Positions 51,513 through 64,000 of a stretch of 64,000 nucleotides of DNA are shown here, piece by piece. The DNA is taken from contig NC_134473.1 of NCBI RefSeq assembly GCF_964194025.1, positions 52,886,001 through 52,950,000 of the forward strand, given 5' to 3'. The DNA is from Convolutriloba macropyga (Eukaryota). How positions within the stretch are numbered: the stretch's first letter is position 1; each line of letters starts with the position of its first letter. A model generated the notes under the pieces. It made no database searches. It had not been told where the DNA came from and saw nothing but the letters and a program-made list of their open reading frames with translations. Both the position numbers and the translations under genes were made by a program.

Positions 51513-54500
51513 TTTAAATCTAAAGGAGTAGTGTGAATACCATCTTCACAGACTTTACGCTACGGATAAAAATATGACAGTCCTACTTTCTTTAGTTCGT
51601 AGATACGAACTTTCTTGTTGTCAACAACTCTGAACCCACGATTTGTTGAATAAACTCGCTCCTCATTGAACAGAACTTTTCTATACTTGTTTAGGGAATC
51701 CTCAATATTGTTCTTGTTGAGTCCTTTACTTGATAGTTTAACTGTGTCTGTTTCCTCATCGTAACAGCAGTACGTCTTTGAACAAAGAACAATCATTTTA
51801 GAGCACCGAAATTCTTCCTTAAAATGTCCAGGAATTCTCTTGTCAAAGGCAGCATGTTTTCTACAACATTCTCGTGGGAAGAAATTGCTGCTGGAGTTTG
51901 CTGCAAAGTTATCATTGCAGTCGCTCTGTCTCATCCAATACCACACTGATCGCATTTCTGGTCGAATGATGTCGTCAATTTTTTCCTCGCTAAGGGCCAT
52001 GTAGAGACTGTCGGTATCCATTTCAATGAGTTCGTACTTGTTCTTATCAAAAAAAAGGGGAGAAGAAGTTGTATTTAAGTTGTAACATGGTGAGTTTAGC
52101 GTACTGGAGGATGAAGAAGCCTACAACGATTGGTTCTTTATGATCGATACGCGACCTGCTCATTTCTACTTCATATATCTGCTCTGGTAGCTCATTCATA
52201 GTCTTGAAAAACCTATTGTTGATAAATTTGTCCACCTGTGATCCTTTCACGTACTGGGTATTCGTATGTCGACTACGGTCTATGATCTGATATCCATACG
52301 AACTGTTTCCTATCAGCTTCATTGTCTCCGCAACGACTGTTGACTCCTTATTCTGGTCTCCTTCGCGTCGGGCGTCGACAACATTCTGAACAAATGTCTC
52401 AAAGCAGCGCCGGGGAGTGTATTGGAGAAACCAAAAGACGTCTTTCAGGATCACACCTTTTTCTAGATTAAAAAAAAACAAAAGTGGTGTAATAACTGGT
52501 CCTCGTTCTAGCTTGAAACTGGAAATGAGCATTTTTCTGGGTCTGGATAGTAATTTGTTGCGTTCTGCAAACTCTTTCATATGGTCCCCAATATCATCTT
52601 GTCCAACTTCACAGTTCTTGAAAATTGGAGGAAAGTCTTTAAAGTAATGATACTTATCCTCCGGAACTTCAAGACTACAATCGACAACACCAAACAGTTC
52701 TCCACGTTTAATTTTCTCAATGAGCGAGTTTTTGTTCGTCGATGGTTGGAAGGGATAATTTGACTTGAGAAAGTCTTCAACTCAATTTGTGTTTTCGCTC
52801 CTCCACTTCTTCCATTGACTCTTCCAGATCTCTTCAACATTCAACCCCAATCCCTTCAGGTACTCTCTTCTATCATTGTCACGTTCTCTCCGCTTCAATC
52901 CTCTTTCAATGTCCTCGAAGAGAAGCGGTTTTTCCTCTTGACAGGGACAAAATGAAAGAAGCAACCCATCGCTTCAAAAACCGTGTTGCAATGGTTACAA
53001 AATCCATCAACTAAATAAGGACCGAGCTTCTTTTGTTTCTTGTGTGTGAACTGGGTTTGTATTTTACAATTGGGGTGAACCTGTTGGAAGTAGTCCATGA
53101 CCTGCTGTTCAAAGTAGCTTCTCCAGTTCCTGTTTGGATGAAATTTTTCAGTCTGTTCATTGTACTCCCACTTTGAATAGGGCCCTGTTGGCATCTGTTT
53201 TGTCATGGAAAAAGGGTAAAGTTGACTTTCATCAATGCCGACTATAGATTTGCAAACATTTTCAGACTCTCTGATCTTTGTTTCCCCGACTTTTGCATAC
53301 CTTGTAAAAATAATTGAGGGTTCCTCTGTTAGCCACTTTTGAATGTAGTTGTCGTAGTCTTTATCCTTCTCACAAAACGGAAAGAAAGCTGCATCTGTTT
53401 ACGAATGAAGGAACCTGTTTGCCAAGTTGGTAAAAGTGTACCCCAATTTTAACATGTCTACTTGTCTTGAGTGGTAAAAACTGATCATTTTGTTCATAGC
53501 CTCAAGTGTAGGTTCGACTTCTTTGTTATTGTACCACCTGACGAAGTCGCGAAACGTCTGCATGCCTTCTCTTTTCCAATTTTTTGGCAGCTCCAAGTAA
53601 TTTTCTTTAGCATTTTGTGGAATTTTCTTGAGTCGCATCTTCTTCAAAATTGTTTCCTATTGCATTCCACTGTTTTTCAATTGCACAAACTTATCGTACT
53701 CGACCGACAGAACGTTGTGGTTCTTCAACTTGCTCCAGAAACTATCTATTGGAGGTAGATGGGATTCATTCAACTTCTCAATACTGTCGAACCATTCATA
53801 GGGGAAGAAACCTTTTTCTTCACTTGCTCCATAGGCTTTCAGGAAGTTATTCAAAGTTGTCGCTCCTCCCAGGAAGTTTAAAATGTCCAGAAATTGTAGA
53901 CCAAGAAAAATCATGCCAATATTTTTATTCCCCATTCGAATCACTTTAGGAATAACGTTTTTTCTATTAAGAGGTGATGCAGAAGATACTCTTTGATTAA
54001 GTTCAAATCGTACCTTGAACTGTTGAACCCAAACACAGGAATGGTGCTGTAAAAGTTCTTAAAATATTGTCTCAATTTTGACAACATCTTGAGCTTGCAT
54101 CTCAGTCTCTGAACTTCAAGGTCTTCGTCTTCCTCGCCGTCAGGTTCCGCCTCGTTTTCAATTAAGTCTTCCGCTCCGGTGGGTACCTGCCTGTCTTTCA
54201 CTGGAACCAATTGTTGAACAGACCAATATTTTTCCTCCAATTGCAAGACGAAATTATTGAGTTTTTCCTTCATTAGAAGTGAGCTTTTTTCTGCTATATT
54301 AGTCAAGCTGGATACAAAATCACGGATTAGTTGAAGCGGATCTTCGTTGCAAATAAAAATTGTCTCGGAAAGCAGATTCGAGGATATTGACACACTAATG
54401 GGAACATGTTTTCCTATCCACGAAGTCAATTCTGTGTTTCTGAGTGTATTGTTGGGGACTGTTATTGACTCGAAATCGAATACGATAAGAATACAAAACA

Positions 54501-55842
54501 ATCTCAACTCCTGCGGAACATTAATATTCAATTCTTCCAAGCGCTCGAAAATAGTTTCTGATAGCTGATAGGCCCCTGAGGGATAGTGGTGTTTTGTTTT
54601 CTCTGAGCAATTCCTCATGTGAACTCCCAAATTATTTGATCTGTCGAAAAAGTGATCGCATACATAGCACCGGAACTTTTTGAGGAATTTGTTAACGTCT
54701 GCTGTCCAGCAGATATGGTTTTCATATCTCAGTAAAGAAGTTGTCCTTGAACGTTTCATCGAGGAGCGACGAGTAAGTTCAGCAAACATATCCGATTGTT
54801 CGTCAAAAAATATGGAGCAAACTTGAATATTTCTGTCAACTAGAGCCTCAAAAACAGGAACATTGTCCTCATGTATTCCTGGAAAGGTTTCGCCATCTCT
54901 CCATGTCGCTGAGAGGAAGGTCTGCATTAACTCCATTGTGTTTTTGCTGTAGATCATTGCTGCCATGTAATTCGTAGGCCAATGCACGGAACATACACAA
55001 ATTGTCTTGGTAAGGTTTGTTTTTGCAGTCAGATACAAAACATTTAACTTTTGGATTCTTGACAAAGGCTGATGGAATAGGTTGTTTAATGCATCCTAGC
55101 GGAACACGACTGAGCCGAAATACAAAGAAAGTGACATTTATAACGCAATAAAACTTCCATTCTGTGTCTGGACGTTGATTGATTAGATTTGGAAAAATTT
55201 CATCTTTTCTCAGCATTGATTTGATAAAATTGAGATCTGAGTCGTCAGAGAGAACCATGGGATTAAAAAATATGGGGTTGTTATCTGCTGTGTAGTAGTA
55301 GCGAAACTGTTCAAGATTTTGCACACTCTGCAGCACGAATCCAAATGAAATATTAATTTTAGTTGAACTGGGTAACTCGTTGTAAACACAATCCAATTTT
55401 TCAATCACGGTTTCATGATTGATCTCCATTATTTTGAAGTTGTGAAATTTCTTTCTGGACAATTCAAGAACCGAGTCTCGCAGAAAGTGTTAAACCGTTT
55501 GAAGTACACTATGAAGAGCGGGAGATTCTCCATAGATAGATAAGTCAACTTCCTCGTAGGTGCTAGGAGTTGAACGCTGGTGACTGTTTCGTTTGTGATG
55601 TAGAAGTTGATAATATGTAGAGAAGGATAAGGGACAGCTGCTACAAGAAAACTTTTTCCTGATAATCAGAGACGGTGCATGTACAGAAGCAATGTGTTTC
55701 TAAAGTTTTGCTTCGCCCGGAAATGACTGTGAGCATTGTGAACATCTTTTTGCGTGAAGCTTCTGATGTCTGCTCATTTGGATTTCATAATAAGCTTATT
55801 GCAGGAAGAACACTGTACCTTTGGGTTAGAATTTCTGAGCAT
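51513..55842 (-). pseudogene. polB: Protein-primed family B DNA polymerase with N-terminal C2H2 fingers and Vsr-like insert (multiple frameshifts and stops)
   Basis: ExoI VFDFES, ExoII GFNSSRYD, QFLD, KGFFPYEW, ExoIII YNNK(E)V, motif A GIDESQLYPFSM...MPTG, motif B KLIGNSSYG, motif C EMDTDSLY, K.Y, C-terminal YP*RKV..DGIHTTPL. Confidence 0.95.
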
Positions 55843-56027
55843 TTTCGCTGAAAATAAAAAGTAAAATGTTAGATTGGAAGTGAGAAAGGAGGAGTAAAAA
55901 CAATTGTTAATATGAAAGTTGCGATGGAAAAAAAATTTGTCAGAAGTTGGAATGATTATTGTACTCCACAGCACTGAATTCTGTAAATCAGAAAAATAAA
56001 ACGGAAATGAAATATCCTTTATCAAAT

Positions 56028-56290
56028 ATGACGTAATTATGACGACATAATGACGTAATTGCGACGACAAAATGACGTAACTATGACGACATAATAACCA
56101 AATTGTGACGACAGAAGGACGTAATTATAAAGACATAAAAACGTAATTGTGACGACATAATGACGTAATTGTGACGACATAATGACGTAATTGTGACGAC
56201 AAAATGCGTAATTATGATGACAGAATTACGTAATTTTGACGACAAAATGACGTCATTTTGACGACACTATGACGTAATTGTGTCGTGCTA
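56028..56290. repeat. Minisatellite of ~12 x 22 bp carrying CRE/ATF-like motifs, upstream of polB
   Basis: Unit atgacgtaattgtgacgaca(t/a)a; one perfect TGACGTCA at ~56248. Confidence 0.9.
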
Positions 56291-56427
56291 TGAGGTTATT
56301 GTGTTGTTATGATTAATTTTGACTATAAAATAGTGACTAATTGTCTAATCATGTGAGAATTATATGATTTTCAATGATTTTTTTAATTCAAAAATTGGGT
56401 ATATATTCCTTCCTCAAAAACATGTTT

Positions 56428-57045
56428 TAATAAAAGTAAACTTACCAGTTTCTTTTTTGGATTTAAAGGTGAAGTGAAGTGTTGTATTATCTACTATAGG
56501 GGGAAGTTTTGGCTGGCTAAAATGTTCCAGTTTAAATACAGGAACAACGGAAGATTTCTTTTAATTAAATTTATTTGCTTACCCGCTTCAACACTGCAAG
56601 TGTTCAACTTGAAACTCTTCTTGCTGCAAGGAGAAAGAAACAAAGGTTATATGAAAAAATGATAAGTTAAACTAGAATTTGGATCAACTGATTTTTAGAA
56701 GTTGTTTGAAATAATGAATAGGAGTAGTGGTTTGGGAATAGGAGTAGTGGCTTAATAAAAGCAAATTTACCAGTTTGTTTTTGGATTTAGAAGCGAAGTG
56801 AAGTGTTGCAATATCTACTATTTGGGGATATTTTGGCTGACTATAATGGTCCAGTTTAAATACAGGAACAAAAGAAAATTTCTATTACTTGAAATTGTTT
56901 GCTTACCCGTTTCAACACTGCAACTTGAAACTCCTCTTGCTGCAAGGAGAAAGAAACAAAGACTATCTGAAAAAATGATAAATTATACGAAAATTTTGAC
57001 CAACTGATTTTTAGAAGTTGATTGAAATAATGAATAGGAGTATTG
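56428..57045. repeat. Diverged tandem duplication, ~325-bp period
   Basis: gaagtgaagtgttg..a.tatctacta and caactgatttttagaagttg.ttgaaataatgaataggagta each occur twice. Confidence 0.9.
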
Positions 57046-57075
57046 GCTAATATATGAGCAAGCCAAACTAATTTG

Positions 57076-57731
57076 TTATTGAGGGATTATCTTGCTAATC
57101 CCATTCGTGTGAACAGCGTGGGTATCATGCTTTGAGGTACGTTTTTGGAAATTTACATTATTAAAGTGTAAAATGGTAGGGTGTTAATGACCTTAATGAT
57201 TTGTTGTTAAGACACTGTCTTGCTAATCCCTTTAGTGTGAACAGCTTGGGTGTCATGCTGTGAGGTACGTCTTTGGAAATTTACATTAGTAAACTGTAAT
57301 ATGGTAGGGGGTCAATGTCCTTACTAATTTGTTAAGGCACTGTCTTGCAATCCCCTTCGTGTGAACAGCTTGGGTATCATGCTGTGAGGTACACTTTTGA
57401 AAATCACGTAAACCGAACGTAAGTGTAAATGAGTCACCCTATCTAATTTAATATTAAAACATTACCTAACTAATCCCCTTTGAGAGAACAGCTTGGTGTC
57501 ATGCTGTGAGGTACGTCTTTGGAAATTTACAATATTAAAGTGCAATATGGCAATGAGTAATTGACCTAATTTAATTTTAAGGGATTAACTTGCTAATCCC
57601 CCTCGTGTGAACAGCGTGGGTATCAAGCTGTGAGGTACATCTTTGGGATTTGTGGGAAAATGGGCTATACCTAATGTTAATACATAGGTACTTCCTTTTA
57701 CACCCCCCAGCTCTGCTCACGTTATACGACT
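57076..57731 (-). repeat. Right TIR with five ~125-bp units
   Basis: Reverse complement matches 44070 onward, e.g. gaagtacctatgtatta.cattaggtatagcccattttccc.caaatcccaaagatgtacctcacagc. Confidence 0.93.
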
Positions 57732-60700
57732 GGGGGGGTCGGGAAACAGATCAGATCCAAATATACCATCATGGGCGCTATAATTTCATGGGGGCTATAC
57801 AAGCCAAGACTCGGCCCTTTTTCCAAGGGATTTTCAACGTCGACAGTAGTCATTTTGTGGACTACTTTTTGTTTGCTCAGTGAATATAATATGCCTTGAG
57901 TTGTCCAGGCCTTGAGTTGTTCAATTCCACTCAAAAATGGTGTTTACATGCACTGATTAATTAGTTTGATTAAAGACATACAGCCAGTGTAATCGGAAAA
58001 TAGTGAAGCAGAGCATGACAAAATCTTCGGTTTTTTCTAGAGTCTTGCAGCTATGTTTATGGTAGTGAGTTTTTGCACGAACTGAATACTCGCAACAAAA
58101 CCAAATTATTCAACATTTGCACGCACGGATAAAACCGGGCAAACCATTTTGCTATAAAGTATATATCGAAGCATACAAAAAACACTTTTATCCAGACTTT
58201 GGCTGGCTCAAATTTTCTTTGAAGCTGAAGTTGATTGTGCGTCAAAATTTGGTCTAAAATTTGTCCACGAGACATCAAAAACAGTGCTCAATGATATGGT
58301 CTGTCCTACAAATATCAAAACCCTTGCGTAACTTGATTGTTTTAGATTATAATGTCACAGGTGCTTAATGGGAAACAGTTTTCTTTTATTTTATAATAGC
58401 CGATTTATTTTATTTTATAATTTTATTTTCTAATAACCGAACTATTGTGGCATTTGAAGTTATAAATCGTAAGTTCATCTGATTGAGAGTCATTTATGCC
58501 AATTTGAAAAGTCGCAGTGGGACATGAGATTCTCTATTAAAACACCCGTTTCTCGAGAAACTTCCCATTTTTATTTGTGGTGGGACCAAATATGAACAAA
58601 CATGGAAAAGAATTCAAACCACTTTTTTCTGCTCATACAAACTGTATTTAAACTGGCGTGAACATATATGAACGGTCCATAGATAAACAAAAAACATTCA
58701 CATTGCAGCACAAACAATCAAAATTTGAATCAATCGACTGGGTTGCGAGACAGTCAGTTCCATCGCAAGGTACAACTAGGATACTGAAATTAATCCGTCT
58801 GAATAATTATTTAGTTTCGACATCCCTTGCGTTCATTTTTTCTCGATGCCTCTTTGCAGCAAAAGTCAACTTGCTGGCTCCTGCATAACTTTCATCATTT
58901 TGTTTTGAAAAATCACATTATAGCCTTTTTCATCTCCCCGCTCATTGAATGAGATGAAAACAAGTTTTAACGCAAAATTTTTGACGCCTGTCCCTTTTCA
59001 ATGAATGATAAATTTTAAAGAAACTTTGCTTTAGCTTTATTAGGGGACTTTTTATGAAACCTCTGGACAAAATGTGGTTCGGCTTTCAATGCCAAATTTG
59101 AACAAATCAGTTGAAAACAACAGGCAGGCCATGGGGAAAAACATTATTGTCTACTAGACGTTTTTTTCTGGAGAACTATTTAAGTCTTTTGCACGGCGAT
59201 ATGATTGAAGTTTTTTTTATCAAACGAATATCTCATCTGCAAATGAAAATACAAACTTCGAAAAAATTATGACTCAGATTCAGCCATTCTATGGATTCTC
59301 TTTCAACCAACGCTGAAAATTCAACACTGAAAAGTTTTTCACTCAGGAAAAAGGAAAAAGAATGCAGTATTAAAAAACTATAAAAAAAACTTCTATTAGA
59401 TTAGAGTTGACTAGCAGTAGAATTTATGTGACTAGAGAAAGAAAACTAAAAACGGACACATGCTGGAAAAAAGATTGAAAAAAGAAGTTTTATGCTCTTA
59501 ATTTTTTCAAAAAAAAATAAATTTTTTTCTATTAGTTAAAAGTATATTGGGTAAAATTCAAGGAACATAACAAGAAAAGGAGGATGACAAGGTTACTAAT
59601 CTTTTATTTTTCTTTTTCACATTTATTGTATGCATTTGTATCCAATTTTTTCTACTAAATTCTTTTTTTTTCTTCCTTGTTAAGAGAAGGAATTAGTTTT
59701 GACCGGGATCGTAACACGTGTTAAAACTGATGCATCTGTGGCAATCAACAACAAAACATTTACTTCTAAAAAATTATCTCAATAGCAAATATATCTCTTA
59801 TAGACATTTTCTTTTAAATAAACATCGCTAACTGTGATATCTTGTGTATATAAAATGAATATAAATTATCCCAGCAGAAGCTCGACAAAGTTTCTTGTTT
59901 TTATTGTGTTTGTGGACAAATGTTTCTTGTTCCCCAAAGTGGTATTTAACTTTTAATGATTTCAATTGTGGTTATTTTTTGTAAACCAATTGGCGTTTGT
60001 TCATGCTATTTTGTAGAACAGTCTGAGATTTGTTATGCCCAGATGAGCGTCAGAAATGGTAAAATTGTATGCGCAGACGGATGAATCATTAAGTAGAAAA
60101 ATTCAGGTTGTAAATTTCAAAGTCAGACCTGATCAGAATAATGGAAATAGTTCAAAACAGTTCTGCAATTTTTAATATTTCAGAGCTGATATTCAAGGCG
60201 AACTTGGCCCGGGAAGACTGTCTTGTTTTCTACGCTTTTGTTAGGTTAGCTGAAGCTAAATTTTTGTATGAAACAGATATTTTAGTCTTCCCGCAATAAT
60301 CTAGTTGAATTGTCTGTAAATATTGCTCTTGCCATTTAAATCTATAATTTGGAATGATCAATTTGTTCATAAATTACTCAAAATATTCTTTAAAACTCAA
60401 TTCAAAAAGTTTTTATTTTTAAATATTTTCTCTTTTTCTGGCTCAATCTCTACATTTCTTTGATAGCCTAACAATCCCATCTATCTGCTTTCAAAAAAAC
60501 CACTGGAAAATATCCTCTGCAAAGAGTTAATACAAATTATTTTGCAGTCAAAATTGAACTGAAAATAAGGAGACGCCGTTCTTTCTTTTGTTCTTTTGTT
60601 GATTTCCTTTATTTGCTGTTAGCATCACAGAAGTTTTGAGCACAAAAAAATGCCTTGTTTTCCCTTAATTTAAGTTTCAAAGAACAATTAAAAATCTGCA

Positions 60701-63492
60701 ATAAGTCCGTCCTAGATTGAGTTTTTCACGAGCTCAGAGATGTCTCTCCATGACTAAAATTTATGTAAAGAGCATGATATTTTTCTGAGAATTAATTATT
60801 ATTTTATTGTTTTCTGTATAATTCCAAGGGTGCCTTTATTTGCAATTGGACAACAATTGTCTCATTATAAAGGTGTGTTCAATGAGACTATCAGAATTCA
60901 ATAAAAATTAAGCAACGTGGCTGTTTAGAAAAGGTTGCAATAAAAATGAAAGGCCTCCCATTATAATAACGCTTAAAAAAATTTCTACTTTTCTGCAGCA
61001 ACTTCTTTTTTTAATATCTGAATAATTCGCATCGTTTCTTTACGCAAATAAGTTCTTTTAAAATACATTGTATTAAAATTTCACTTAATATGAAAATTGA
61101 TATTATCAATTTCGTTTCGAGAACTTTGCAAGTTCTCAAAATCTTTCTATGAAAGTGGGATATTCTTGCCAATTTTTTGGTACTGACATCGGAGAAAGCG
61201 ATGAATATATTTGTTTTAGACATTGTTTTTTAGTGAATTTCCTAAGTTCAGATCTAAAGCAGGCACGGTTTTATTTGCTGTCCGTTTTTTTTTGTCTGTG
61301 CAAATGGACAAGAAACAAAAAATCGGAAGCTCCGAAGTCTTCCTGATTTTTCTCCGTCTTTAGCGGTTTACTTATAATCGTTATAAGCTCAATTGGTTTT
61401 AATCAAATATTCCCTCAGTTATAAAGGTACAACCATTTGCTGCAAAACTTTGCAACTTTAAAAACTTGCTTTTATCATGATCAATAATGTCTATTTTTAC
61501 AAAAAGCAACAAGCTATTCCCCATCACTTCTCTTCTTTCCCGAGAGTTACCTGGATCTGAAAATATTTTTGTTGCTTAGCAAAAGTATTTTGATTGGCCT
61601 CACCATTAGCAGCAGATCAATTTAATTTGGTTCCAGGTGGGAATTTTCAGGAAAATCAACGTTGGCAGTCAAATTTAATCTTAATCTGTTCAACAGTACA
61701 ATATGCATAGCAAAAGATTGCAATAAACTAATGTTACATAACCTATACCAGACATTCGTTATTGTTCATTTCTGAAGATATCCAAAGAAACTCATTTCAG
61801 GGTGACGAGTTTTATCCAGAGCCACATTTTCTGTTTCCTTACTAATTGAACTAAAAAGCAAGTTGATAGACTTTACATGTCATTTCGTCGCATTGAACAC
61901 GATTTTTTTCCAGCTGGGGGAACCTAAAATTAGGATGCAAATTAAGGTATAGTTGTTGGACCAAAAATGCTGAGACGCAGACCGACTGACAGTTGGGAGG
62001 GGGGGGGGTGTTATGTTCAAGAGAGTCACTTTTGGTTACTGTATCTCTTGAGAAATGACTTTCCTCCACTTTGCGCAATGAAGTGGGATTTTCCTTAATA
62101 CCCTTGACCTGTACCTTTTAAAATACTTTCTGATCCCCGAGTTGTCGTGAAATTTAATAAAATTGGAAACACCTAATTAACACCCCCCCCCCCTCCCTCC
62201 CTACCTCCTACCCGTGCTTTTTTTTCTTTGTGATAGTTTTGTACAAATTCCGGGGACTTCACTTGCGCCTTTTTGCTATTAGCAGTAACACCAGAAAAAG
62301 GTATGCACATTTTGTTCATTGTACATTCCCTACTGCAAACTCAGCTATTGAAACGCTAGGAATTAGTTACAGATATGAATTAGGGAAGTAATATCAGTTA
62401 CAAAATTGAACTTAAAAACGTGATTTTTCTGTGCTTTTTAGTTTTTTTTCAAAAATAACATCTCCTATTGACAAAGGCTGGGCTGATTTGAGTAGGTCGT
62501 CTGAACAAAAATAGCATAATTCCAAACCTTACGAAATTACCCATTGTTATTGGTTTTCCAATGTTGATACTGCAAATATATGAGATAATTGAGCTGAGCA
62601 GACGCAAATACTGTCTTCTAACATCTTACGTTTACTTTTAGACGTCAATTGTTTTTTAATTATACGTTTTCTATTTTTCTTCAAAAATTCTCGGCTTTAA
62701 ATTCACAGTTTCTTAGGTATTTCTTTGTTTCTTAGCCTTCATTATTTTACATATAAAGATAAGTGAGCATTGGAAATAACAAAAACTCAATAAAAATAAA
62801 ATGTTATAAAACTTAACATTCATAGACCTTTCATGAGAAATCTCCCAATATTTCAATTACCGCTGCAAAATTTAAAAAAAACCTGAAAACCGCAAGCTGG
62901 ACAGATTTTATCGTACATTAATTTGAGGGAAGTTGATTACTCTCCTAACACCAGTGCTAGTGGCGTTTCAAAGAAGAGCCTAACAATCAAGTTCCTTTTG
63001 CCACGGTATGCCTGGGTACCCTTTACCCACTGTTATTCCATAGCAACACTTCCGATGTTTCGCAACCAAGAAAAAGTCATCCCTTTCCTAAACATTGAAT
63101 TACATCTATAAATCAACATTATCGCTTGGTGTTTCAAACTTGCAGTTTCATTGCGCGTTTTTTTGCACAATATTTGCCGAACTTCTCTTGCGTCAACTTG
63201 TAATCTTAATGAAAAATTGATACAGAAAAAAAGGCTGACACCTTAAATATTCAATGAAATTGCTCAGAATTTAAGTCACTCTTTTTGCTAAATGTGAAAA
63301 AAAAACGTAATGAAAATCTAAATGCTGTAGGAAGTCGGAACCAAAGAACTAAAAGAAATGAACTAAAATTTTTCCCTATGACTTTTTTTACAAGTATTCT
63401 ATTATGCACCTAATTGCTGTACAAAATCCAAAAAAGTTTAAAAAAATGTACTAAAATTTTTCCCTATGACTTTTTTTACTAGTATTCTAATA

Positions 63493-63740
63493 CCCGGGTT
63501 GCCCATCATACACAATTCATAGTAGTCATACTAGGTCATATATGATTCCTAGTATTCATAAAAGGTCATATACGATTTGTATGATTTCTTAGTAGCCATA
63601 CAAGGATCATATATGATTTCCTAGAAATCATACAGTGATCACCCAAAAAAATTCAAATCTAAAAACTGTATATCTTCATTTTCTTTTGATGTTCAAAAAA
63701 TTTCCTGGAACGAATCATACAAGGTCATATATGACACATA
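63493..63740. mobile_element. CCC-ended MITE remnant with gtcata/catatatga subterminal repeats
   Basis: cccgggttgcccatcata followed by repeated ggtcatatatga and tagt..cata motifs; partner end not seen. Confidence 0.4.
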
Positions 63741-64000
63741 AAACATTGATTGGATTCACAAATTCCCGTATAATGTAGTCAGAGGATATAAAAAATTATT
63801 ATATCGCATTTTCATTCCTTATTTCATTCTTTGTTTGGGCGAAAAGAACAACTTTCCAATTTAAGAACATTCAGAAAACGAATTTGAGGTTATTTGCAAA
63901 AATTTTTCCAATTATTTTTTTACAAATGAGCATTTATAGGTATAAACTAGCATCAGAGAATATCAGAACTTTTATTTATCTATTTGGACTTACTCATTAA

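Larger units (their letters stand above)
48956..51744. repeat. Tandem duplication of ~1394 bp (capsid C-half, protease, polB 3' end)
   Basis: tgcttcgagaacctgcc at 48956 and 50350; ORFs repeat at a 1394-bp offset; a handful of substitutions between the copies. Confidence 0.97.
44070..57731. mobile_element. Endogenous Polinton/Maverick (adintovirus-like) element, decayed and internally deleted
   Basis: Termini AGTAGT... and ...ACGACT; GGGGGG on both sides (44064-44069, 57732-57737), matching the 6-bp Polinton TSD; long TIRs; pPolB, packaging ATPase, major capsid and cysteine protease genes. Confidence 0.96.

Noticed and set aside
45549-55842. Stop-codon recoding in the Polinton genes
   Set aside because: Interruptions include TAG, TGA and TAA plus many frameshifts, consistent with neutral decay
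57076-57650. Hammerhead ribozymes in the TIR units
   Set aside because: No CUGANGA core with properly paired stems; only ctgtgag...gaaa resemblance
57722-63111. Short 60-77 aa ORFs right of the Polinton
   Set aside because: No motifs, often non-ATG starts and AT-biased composition, consistent with chance ORFs

Overview
AT-rich, repeat-dominated eukaryotic (probably invertebrate) genomic DNA with two assembly gaps (2755-3355, 41914-42417) and no confidently identifiable host gene. The main feature is a 13.7-kb decayed endogenous Polinton/Maverick (adintovirus-like) element at 44070-57731. It has AGT...ACT termini, a GGGGGG target-site duplication and long terminal inverted repeats (TIRs) built from iterated ~125-bp units. 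It encodes a protein-primed PolB (minus strand) with three N-terminal C2H2 zinc fingers and a Vsr-like insert, plus a packaging ATPase, major capsid fragments, an adenain-like protease, a small 2-TM protein, a PLA2-like HD protein and a protein with a tandem PC4/PUR-like repeat. Integrase and minor capsid are absent; the first deletion junction carries a perfect 19-bp foldback, and a 1.39-kb segment is tandemly duplicated. Also present: a decayed Ty3/gypsy LTR element (22700-27180) whose gag ATG spans the LTR/PBS junction, a CR1/L2-type LINE fragment, a CRE-clade non-LTR retrotransposon followed directly by a near-perfect 621-bp palindrome, several CCC-ended MITEs, a tRNA-like SINE, a dispersed Helentron-like end motif and several tandem duplications. 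All assignments come from motif reading by eye; no searches were run.
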